Of a stretch of 64,000 bases of DNA, positions 1-21,234 are shown piece by piece. Position 1 is the stretch's first letter, and each line of letters starts with the position of its first letter. The translations under genes were made by a program, and so were the position numbers. Location: the NCBI RefSeq assembly GCF_009914755.1, contig NC_060943.1; one strand, written 5' to 3'. The notes under the pieces are model-generated. The model saw only the letters and a list, made by a program, of their open reading frames with translations. It had not been told where the DNA came from and did not search any database. The stretch comes from the human T2T-CHM13v2.0 reference genome, Homo sapiens.

Positions 1-71
1 GACTGAATGATAACCCTGAAAATTCATATGTTGAAGCTCCAAATCCCAATGTGACTGTATGTGAAAATAGG

Positions 72-372
<301 letters not shown>

Positions 373-411
373 TGAAAATAGGCTCTTTAGAAGTATCGTG
401 AAATGATGTCA

Positions 412-520
412 AGAGATGGGTAGGGGGAGGGAGGGGGAGGGAGGGGAAGGAGAGAGATGGTGGGGAGAGAGAGAGAAAGAGGAGAGAGGAGAGAGGAGAA
501 AGGAGAGAGGAGAGAGAGAC
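412..520. repeat. GA/GGGA polypurine low-complexity tract
   Basis: gggtagggggagggagggggagggagggg...(ga)n. Confidence 0.9.
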
Positions 521-1083
521 CTATTTGTTGGTTTCCTTCCTGTGAAGACATGAGGAAGTGGGCATTTACATACCAGGAAGAGAGCTCTCGCCAGAAGTTG
601 ACCATGCTGGCACTCTGATCTCAGACTTCCAGCCTCGAGAAATGTGAGAATATAAATTTGTTTTTAACCTCATTTATTTAAAATTAACAAATTTGTAAGC
701 CATTTGGTCTGTGGTATTTTGTGATAGTGGCCTGAGCTCATTAAGGCAGATTAAAAACAAACAAACAAAAAAACTAAAAATGTGAAGCAGATTTGAAACT
801 GACAAATGAGGCTGGAAAAATTCTGATGTGCAAGCTGGAAGTAAGGTTGGTAAGGGTGATCCTGGTGAGGTGTCATTGGGGAATGAGGAACATGCTATTG
901 GGAAATAAAGAAAATACAACCCTTGATACGAAGTAGTGAAGAACTTGGCAGAACTGTATTCTAGCACTTTGCGGAAGGTAGAGCTTGAGAGAGATAAAAC
1001 TGGTTATGTATCACTAAGATCTGTACTTAAAGTGTTAAAGGACACAGGAAGCTTCATTCTTCCTGAGTGCTTACAGGAAAATG

Positions 1084-1578
1084 TGCTCAGAACAGGCCCC
1101 CCAAATTTGGACATAAACAGGCCATGAGAAACTGCCCATAAACAAAATCTCTGCGGCACTGTGACATGCTCGTGATGGCTATGACACCCATGCTGGAGGT
1201 TGCTGGTTTACCCGAATGAGGGCAAGGAACACCTGGCCCACCCACGGTGGAAAACTGGAAAACTGCTCAGGCATTCCTAAACCACAAACAATACCATGAG
1301 TGATTTGTGCCTTAAGGACATGTTCCTGTTGCAGATAACAAGCCAGAGCCTGTCCCTTTCTTTCTTGTAAGGAATACTTTTAGCTAATCTATAATCTATA
1401 GAAATAATGTTTATCACAGGCTTACTGTCAATAAATATGTGGGTCAAACTCTGTTCAAGGCTCTCAGCTCTGAAGGCTGTGAGCCCCGATTCCCACTCTG
1501 CACTCTATTTCTGTGTCTTTGTCTTAATTCCTCTAGAGCTGCTGGGTCAGGGTCTCCATGACCCAGCTGGTCTCAGCA
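1084..1578 (+). mobile_element. MER9 (HERV-K9/HML-3) solo LTR
   Basis: TG...CA ends, aacaggccccccaaa...gctggtctcagca, 6-bp TSD aaaatg at 1078-1083 and 1579-1584. Confidence 0.85.
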
Positions 1579-2401
1579 AAAATGCAAAAGGAGACCTGAA
1601 TTGCAGAAAAAATTGTTAAGGAAAAAGGAACCAGAACTTGGAGATTTGGAAAATTCTCAGCCTATCCATAATGCAAAAATTAGAAAACTTGTACTGAAGA
1701 GAATCCTCAAAGTGTGGCTGAACGATCATCTGATAAAGAGATCATGAGTGGGATTCATGGACTATATCAGCCACCTTGACAGAAGTGAGAAGAGAGACTG
1801 GATTATACTAGAAGAGACATTGCCACTTACATTGTGCCATCTAAAATAGACATACAAGGCAGAACAGGCAAGGCTGTCACACTTCTTAGATTTTACAAGG
1901 GGACACAGAAATAATCAGCTGTGAAAGGGCACTGGCAGTTATGGATGGTTTCATTCCTGACACGCTCTGCAGGATCCGTGGGATCAGAAGAGACCCTTGG
2001 AGGAGCATCTCTTAACAACCCACCTTTGGGGTCCTACATCATCTTGGCTTCTGGTAAATTTTGACATAAATGTGCCACACTGGCAGCCACTAACCAACAG
2101 GGGCTGGGGTCAATCTGCATGATTTATCTCATACACAACTTGTTAATGCTATGATCTTAGGAATCTAATCACCAAGGTGAGGCAGCCTGCAGTACTGACC
2201 TCACCATCCATGACCCTTCTTCACAGATGCCCAGACTCAGGCAACCATGATGTTGTATTCAGAACCTGTAGGTTTAATTTCAGACCCTCAGGATGGTATC
2301 TAAGGCCAATCCATGAGTCATTACAACCTCCAAAAGGCATTTAGGACAAATCTGATAATCTTTGGTGTCATTGCCAATAATTAAAGATGGCAACCGATGG
2401 G

Positions 2402-3538
2402 CTAAATGGTAACACTCATATCCTTGCATTCATAGGGTTTCTCCCCAGTGTGAATTCTTTCATGTCTACTTAGGCGTGAGGAAACAGCAAATGCTTTCCC
2501 ACATTCTTTACATACGAAGGGTTTCTCTCCGGTATGAGTTCGCAGGTGAACATTAAGGCGTGAGGAATATAGAAATGCTTTCCCACATATCTTGCATACA
2601 AAGGGCTTTTCTCCACTATGAGTTTTCAAATGTTTACTACGACGGGAAGAAGTAATGAAGGTCTTCCCACATTCAACACATTCATAAGGCTTCTCTCCTG
2701 TGTGAATTCTTGTATGCTGAATAAGACTTGTGGATGTAGTGAAGGCTTTCCCACATTCCTTACACTGATAGGGTTTCTTTCCACTGTGACTTCGTATGTG
2801 TATAGAAAGGCCCGAGTACTGAGCAAAGGCTTGGCCACATTCCTTACATTCATAGGGTTTTATTCCAGTGTGAGTTCTTACATGTTCAGTAAGTTGAGTT
2901 GATCTAGTGAAGGCTTTCCCACAGTAAGTACACTTGTGTGGTTTTATTCCAGTGTGAATTTGAATGTGATCATTAAGGCATGAGGAATTTCTAAAGGATC
3001 TTCCACATTCTTTACATTCAAAGGACTTCTCTCCTTTATGAGTTTTCACAGGTGCATAAAGTTGAGAAAAATTAGTGAAGGATTTCCCACATTTCTTAGT
3101 CTTTTTGGATTTCTTTCCTGTATGAACTGCTACACACTGCTTTAGGTGTGAAGAAGCTGTGACAGCTCTCCCATATTCCTGAAATTCACAGAGTTTCTCA
3201 TCAGTGTGGATTCCCATATGATTATCAAGGCTTGCAAAATACTTAAAGCCTTTTCCACATTCCTTACATTTGTAGGGTTGTCTTGCATTGAGAACTTCAA
3301 GATGTACAGCAAGACCTGGAGTTAGAGTAAAGACTTTTCCACATGGATTAAATTTGGAAAGTTCCTGTCCAGTAGAGGCTTCCTTGTGCACACTGAGGGT
3401 GTCTTTTCCATAACAATTACCCTCAGAAGTATTCCCTCCATTCTGAACTCTCATGTGTGTCTTAAGGCAAAACTGTTCCCTGAAGACCTCTCCACAATTC
3501 TTACAGTCACAGAGTTTCCATCCACTGTAGCCTCTTGT
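2402..3538 (-). CDS. ZNF561: ZNF561 last coding exon: C2H2 array (4 degenerate, 1 isolated intact and 7 tandem intact fingers), stop TAG at 2402-2404
   Basis: ORF 2402..3607 has CxxC-x12-HxxxH repeats and TGEKP linkers. Acceptor catcaacag|ACA at 3538. Spliced CDS 25+89+127+83+1137=1461 nt = 486 aa, starting MAAIYLSRGFFSREP and ending [10 protein letters not shown], matching ZNF561 as I recall it. Confidence 0.95.
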   Translation of the reverse strand, partial: TRGYSGWKLCDCKNCGEVFREQFCLKTHMRVQNGGNTSEGNCYGKDTLSVHKEASTGQELSKFNPCGKVFTLTPGLAVHLEVLNARQPYKCKECGKGFKYFASLDNHMGIHTDEKLCEFQEYGRAVTASSHLKQCVAVHTGKKSKKTKKCGKSFTNFSQLYAPVKTHKGEKSFECKECGRSFRNSSCLNDHIQIHTGIKPHKCTYCGKAFTRSTQLTEHVRTHTGIKPYECKECGQAFAQYSGLSIHIRSHSGKKPYQCKECGKAFTTSTSLIQHTRIHTGEKPYECVECGKTFITSSRRSKHLKTHSGEKPFVCKICGKAFLYSSRLNVHLRTHTGEKPFVCKECGKAFAVSSRLSRHERIHTGEKPYECKDMSVTI

Positions 3539-3649
3539 CTGTTGATGACGAGATAAAGGTTTTAAAACATTTTCAGACATATTAAGAGATTTCACCCATC
3601 TGAACACAGAAGCATTTTGATGACAATTATGATTTTACTTTTTAATATT

Positions 3650-9373
<5,724 letters not shown>

Positions 9374-10292
9374 CTATGTCATCATACACATGCTGGTTTG
9401 AGCCAATGAACACTTCCACCAATATTCACTGGAGAATGATGAAGGGGAACCTTATACTCACTTACACGTGGTTGTCAGGTCTCCCATGATCTACTCCAGG
9501 GTTTAATGTCTCAGGAGCTCTTGTGTCTAAACACTCAAGGTTGACCTCCTACAGGCATATGCCTTAAACAGCACTTTTTAAAATTTTTTTAAATCTTTTT
9601 TTGCTGATCTATTTTTAATTTTTTAATATTTGTATTTTTAAATTTTAAATTTTATTTTTATTTTGATTAGAACAGTACTTCCTAAAGATGAATTTTCCTC
9701 TATCTATCATCTATCTAATCTGTTTATTTATTTATATATAAAAACAGGGTCCAACTGTGTCACCCAGGCACAACTGCTGATTACTACAGCTTCGATCTCC
9801 TGGGCTGAAGTGGTCCTCTCACCTCTGTCTCCTGAGTAGCTGGAATTACAGGCATGAGCCACTGCACACTGCTTACGCTTGATCTCAGCACAACCAGGCT
9901 AGGAGCTCTTCCTGTCCCATTGGTGTCTATGCAGCACACTCCTCAGCACACTGCAGATACCTGATAAATGCTGATAAGTGAATGATTTGATAAAAGGACA
10001 CTTTCATCTGCTTTATCATCCGTCACCGCACCCAGCAATGTAAGAAAGATGCAGTTGGCACCATGAAGGTCAAGCTTAAGTAGTAATTACTGAGCTACTG
10101 GACTGATTTTCAAGTTAACATTTTATGTATAGGAGACTTCATTCCCTGGGGAAATTCATCTGGGGACTCAGTCCTTGAGTAAGGCTTCATTTGCTCTAAG
10201 AAAACTCTGAAGATGAGTCTGTCTAGAAAGAAATCTGTCTACCTATTGGATGAAAGCATATCATTTTTAACAACAGTACGTTTTCTGCTTAC

Positions 10293-10381
10293 CTGATAAC
10301 CACTTGCCAGGTAGTCCTCCACCATCCTTTCTACCTTTGTCTTTTCTTCAAAAGGGCAGATTGGTTCCCTGGAAAAAAACC
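10293..10381 (-). CDS. ZNF561: ZNF561 coding exon (89 nt; GFFSREPICPFEEKTKVERMVEDYLASGYQ)
   Basis: Acceptor ttccactag|GG, donor CAG|gtaagc; frame-compatible; conserved in the paralogue. Confidence 0.9.
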
Positions 10382-10647
10382 CTAGTGGAAAAGTAAGAAG
10401 GCATGAGAAGCCAGAGCTGCCCATCCTTCCCACATTCTCATGCCTAGAAGTCATTCCATCCTAGCTTGAAATTCCGATATGCTCCTACACACTCGAGAAA
10501 ACTACACACACAACACTTCCATGAAATGCCATAGTAAGTCCTGTGTCAGCTAGACACAAAAGCAGACTTGGGCCAAACTGCCTGTTGGGTAAAGGGTAAT
10601 AGTTTCATTTTTCAAGGAAACTTACACCCTGAAAAATGTGACTCTCG

Positions 10648-10948
<301 letters not shown>

Positions 10949-11172
10949 CTATCTGCCCATAGTAGTAACACTCATGAAGCTTATGTAGCATTTCCTAAGG
11001 TACACAAACCAGGGCTGAATTCTAAAACAGCATTCTGGCTGGGCACAGTGGCTCATGCCTGTAATCCCAATACTTTGGGAGGCCAAGGCGGGCAAATCAC
11101 TTGAGGTCAGGAATTTGAGACCAGCCTGGCCAACATTATGAAACCCCATCTCTACTAAAAATAGAAAAATTA

Positions 11173-11550
<378 letters not shown>

Positions 11551-11633
11551 TCAGGCTCAGCTCACTGGACGCTTGTGTTGTGGAGGGTGACCTAAAGCAG
11601 AATCTCTGAAAAAGAGCATCAACAAAGACTTAC

Positions 11634-11658
11634 CACGGGACAAATAAATGGCTGCCAT
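11634..11658 (-). CDS. ZNF561: ZNF561 start-codon exon, coding part (MAAIYLSR+G); the whole exon probably spans 11634-11784
   Basis: agaATGG Kozak context at 11658, donor G|gtaagt, upstream acceptor gatatgaacag| at 11784; homologous ATG in the paralogue. Confidence 0.88.
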
Positions 11659-11919
11659 TCTCTGAAGCTGATGGTGTGATGATGTGCATCCCTTCCTTGA
11701 TGCCAAGATCACCTCAGGCCAGCTTATGAATCTAGGTGGATAGAGGCAATCTCCATTCCTCTTTGTACAGGGTTATTTGCGGTCCTGTTCATATCAATCA
11801 TCAAACAACAAGCATGAAACATCAGTCATCAAACATTATGCCTGAGCTTTGTCTCTGCAGGTGACAGATGTGAAGGCCACCAAAAATTGCCCACTCAGTA
11901 CCGTCACTCAGTAACAAAA

Positions 11920-12030
11920 GTATTAATAACAGTAACTGACATTTACTGAGGACTGATATGTCAGAAGTAGCTCTAGTAGCTTTATATATACATGCTCAGT
12001 TAATTATCATAGCCATCCTTCCCAGTAGCT
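11920..12030 (-). mobile_element. MIR-like fragment
   Basis: taataacagtaactgacatttactgagga...tagctttatatatacatgctca. Confidence 0.5.
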
Positions 12031-12039
12031 ATCATTACC

Positions 12040-12155
12040 TCTATCTATCTATATCTATCTATATTTATCTATCTATATCTATCTATATATCTATCTATAT
12101 ATCTATCTATATCTATCTATCTATATCTATCCTATCTATCTATCTATCTATCTAT
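12040..12155. repeat. (TCTA/TA)n microsatellite grown from an Alu tail
   Basis: Direct inspection; much shorter in the paralogue (53315-53350). Confidence 0.9.
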
Positions 12156-12243
12156 CGAGACAGGGTCTCACTCTGTTGCCCAGGTTGAAATCCAATGGCA
12201 CTAACACAACTCTCTGTAGCCTAGACTTCCCGGGCTCAAGTGA

Positions 12244-12648
<405 letters not shown>

Positions 12649-13371
12649 TAGTCTCAAACTCCTGGGCTCAAACAATCCTCCTGACTTGGCCTCCCAAAGT
12701 GCTGGGATAATAAGCATAAGCCACGATGCCTGGCCCATTACTTCTATTTAATACTGAAAAAAACCTACACTCAAACAACCCTAGTAGTCGGTCTGATACT
12801 TGTCCCTAGAGCCTGATCTCCTGTATATGGTGTTACCCCCCCGCCATATGACCAGAAGACAGTGCAGACCTGCACAGAACAATTCAGTAGTCACCAGCCA
12901 CGTGTGTTATTGATAACTTCATTACGTACCTAAGATGACTTAAGAACAAAATCTAAAATTTTCAAAAGTCGGCCGGGTGCAGTGGCTCACACCTATAATC
13001 CCAGCACTTTGGGGGACCGAGGCAGACAGATCACCTAAGGTCAGGAGTTCAAGACCAGCCTGGCCAACATGGCAAAACCATCTCTACTAAAGATAGAAAA
13101 AGTAGCCGGGCGTGGTGGCACTTGCCTGTAATCCCAGGTACTCGGAAGGCTGAGGCAGGAGAACTGCTTGACCCTGGAGGCAGAGGTTGCAGAGGTTGCA
13201 GTGAGCCGAGAGAGCGCGCAGCCTCTCCGAACTGGACGCACAGGGAGGACTGATAGTCCCTGGAGAAGCGAGTGAAGTGAAGCGGATCTGAGAGGCTCCT
13301 AGGCGACAGCGCGCAATCATTCCTTTGCCGCCCCCTGCTATCCCCGGGACCGCCAAGGAGGTGGAACTCAC

Positions 13372-13450
13372 CACAGCCTGGGCAGACTCCACCACCATAA
13401 AGGCGAAACCGCACTGACGGAGAGGAGCCAGCGCCGGAAAAGATGGCGGT
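13372..13450 (-). other. ZNF561: ZNF561 non-coding first exon (TSS approximate)
   Basis: Strong donor GTG|gtgagt at 13372/13371 inside the CpG island, just downstream of the YY1 and ETS-CRE motifs. Confidence 0.7.
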
Positions 13451-13499
13451 GGTGCGCTGACGTCACTTCCGCTTCAACACTCTGGCCGGGCGAGGCTCG

Positions 13500-13626
13500 T
13501 GGGCTCCAGTTTCAGCCACGTAGGACCGGGTAGAACACAGAAATTCTAGTTTCCTCTCGGGTGGGTGCAGAAAGGGCCTGGGGTTGGCTCAGGGAGGGGG
13601 ATGCAGAACTAGGTCCAGAGAAAAAG
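13500..13626 (+). ncRNA. ZNF561-AS1: Probable first exon of the head-to-head lncRNA ZNF561-AS1 (start approximate)
   Basis: Plus-strand donor AAG|gtgagg at 13626/13627 on the divergent side of the island; the lncRNA is recalled from annotation and its downstream exons cannot be resolved from sequence. Confidence 0.55.
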
Positions 13627-13875
13627 GTGAGGTTAGAACCGGGCCTCCAGACGGAACTGTGGGCGAGGGGAGGGGCTCGTACTCGGGGGGTGATTTAGAG
13701 GAGGGACCCGGCCTAGCCGGTGGTTCAGGTGGCCGGTCGGGCTGGAAGGGCGGGGATGAGGGATGGGACGCATCCCCGGGGGATGCTCCTCCAAAGCTTT
13801 TATCGGGCGAGCGCAGTGGCTCACGCCTGTAATTCCTGCACTTTGGGAGGCTAAGGTAGGTAAATAGCTTGAGTC

Positions 13876-14461
13876 TGCTGGGAATGGGTGCTCGCTTGGT
13901 GTCACAAAATCAACACTGAGACAAAGGATCTCAGCAAGGCTAGTTTTACTTTCTGCAGAATGGGTGCCACTGGCTGGCAGTCTTGCCACCAGAGCACACA
14001 TTAACAAAGGAGACAGGGTTTTTTTAAACTTGAAGTGTCCATCCTTCTGCTGTGTCCAGCTTCCATTGGCTGGAACGGGACCTCACCTTCCTGTACTTCA
14101 CTGGATTGGCTAGCAACTTAGAACTTCCCAAAAGAGGCAATGGCAGAGGAGAACAAAGGAAGAGAGGAAGTAACTTGTGGACTGTTGAGAGAGGCAAAAA
14201 CACTTCTAAATAGGGAAAGGAATAGGCCATGACCTAATAGTTGCTTGGACCAGTTCAGGCATGCCAGGGCAAATATCTAGGCTAAAATGTGGGAGCTAAA
14301 AACAGAGTCTATTGATTTCTTTATTACGGCTGGCAGAATTTAACAATATTACCACAGGTCTTTGAGAAAATTTGGCTTCTAAGAGGGATTACTATTTATT
14401 TCAATCAGACTGGGAGGAAAGTCCCTTTGAAGAGGAACCTGTATTTATTTCATTTTCTACA
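13876..14461 (-). mobile_element. LTR10C-type (HERV-I) solo LTR #1, inserted into an Alu monomer
   Basis: TG..CA ends; 4-bp TSD agtc at 13872-13875 and 14462-14465 splits the Alu sequence gcttgagtc|caagagtttgag; LTR10 motifs ctgcagaaagtaaaa, cattggctggaacgggacctcac. Confidence 0.8.
14237..14276. promoter_or_regulatory. Candidate p53 response element (4 adjacent degenerate decamers) in LTR10 #1
   Basis: ATAGTTGCTT GGACCAGTTC AGGCATGCCA GGGCAAATAT compared with RRRCWWGYYY. Confidence 0.5.
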
Positions 14462-14506
14462 AGTCCAAGAGTTTGAGACCAGCCTGGGCAAAGTAGCAAG
14501 ACCCTG

Positions 14507-14544
<38 letters not shown>

Positions 14545-14603
14545 AACATATATGTATAAATACATATAAATATATAAATATATAAAAAATATATAAATAT
14601 ACA

Positions 14604-18180
<3,577 letters not shown>

Positions 18181-18194
18181 GAGTAAGGAAAAAG

Positions 18195-18875
<681 letters not shown>

Positions 18876-18879
18876 TTGG

Positions 18880-20119
<1,240 letters not shown>

Positions 20120-21234
20120 TTCCTCCCCCATATAATCCTGTCCCCAGGGAATCAACAACCCATGCTCTTCCTAGTCACCTCCTTGAACATGTCCCTCCCC
20201 CAGGAAACCTCCAACATGAGATAGAACAATGTAGAAAGGACATTCAAAACTTCCCTTTCCCTTGTTTGTCAAAGGAATCCGCCCCAACGGTTGTCCCCTT
20301 AAGGGAAGTCCCACTGGGGGGAGGGGGCATTGGTTGCATTAATGCCCTCTTAACCAGCTCAGAAGTCAGAAACTTCAAAAGGGAACTCAAACCATTGTTA
20401 GATGACCCTTATTGGGTAGCAGATCAAATTGATCAATTTTTAGGGCCACAGTTGTATACTTGGGCTGAACTAATGTCCATTTTAGATATTCTTTTCTCAG
20501 GGGAGGAAAGGACTGTGATCCACAGGGCCACTGTGATAGTCAGGGAACGTGAACATCCTCCTGGCCAAAACGTTCTGCAGCGGACCAAAAATTTCTGTTC
20601 CAAGACCCTCAATGGGACAATCACAATGCAGCTCACCAAGAAAATATGAGGGATCTCGGGGAAATGATAATTAAAGGAATTCGGGAACCAGTACCCTGAA
20701 CTCAAAATATTTCCCGAGCATTCAACATACAACAAAGAAAGGAAGAAGAGCTCATGGAATTTTTAAACAGACTCTAAGAGCAAGTTAGAAAATACGCAGG
20801 CTTAGAAATAAGAAGATCCACTTCGGCAAGGATTGTTAAAACTCCACTTTGTCACCAACATTTGGCCAGAAATTACAAAAAAATTGTCAAAAAAATAGAG
20901 AATTGGAAAGATAGCTCCATAGAAGAACTTCTAAAGGAGGCCCAAAAGGTATATATGAGAAAAGACAAGGAAAGCAGAAACAAAAAGCAAAAATTCCACT
21001 GCCCACCCTTCAACAAGGGACACAAGGAAATAGGTCCCATAAATGTTCTAAGCCACTAGCTGCAAAGTCACATACAGGAAAGAAAAGGGATAAAACCTGG
21101 GGACCTAACGGCAAGAAGGGAAAAGGGGGAAAATAAATGTTTCAGATGTGGGAAACTGGGACACTTTAAGACAGAATGTCCCGAATGAGAAAGAGAGAGA
21201 AATCCTCCCACTCATGACTTTTGAAGAAGAATAG
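20120..21234 (+). pseudogene. HERV-I gag remnant (CA-NC)
   Basis: ORF 20101-20649 (LREVPLGGGGIG..LLDDPYWVADQIDQFLGP), frameshifts, zinc knuckle. Confidence 0.85.

Larger units (their letters stand above)
13210..13830. promoter_or_regulatory. CpG island / bidirectional promoter of ZNF561 and ZNF561-AS1
   Basis: High CpG density; YY1 AAGATGGCGG at 13440-13449; full CRE TGACGTCA at 13458-13465 overlapping ETS CACTTCCG at 13464-13471; splice donors point outward on both strands. Confidence 0.88.

Noticed and set aside
2618-2902. Antisense and alternative-frame ORFs over the zinc-finger exons
   Set aside because: Shadow ORFs expected from the 84-nt finger periodicity
3539-3607. N-terminal MFRWVKSLNMSENV.. 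of the 401-aa and 332-aa ORFs as true protein starts
   Set aside because: This is intronic sequence upstream of the last-exon acceptor; the spliced model gives a complete KRAB-ZNF frame
13500-13560. ZNF143/SBS-like motifs near the promoter
   Set aside because: Match to ACTACAnnTCCCA is too poor to support
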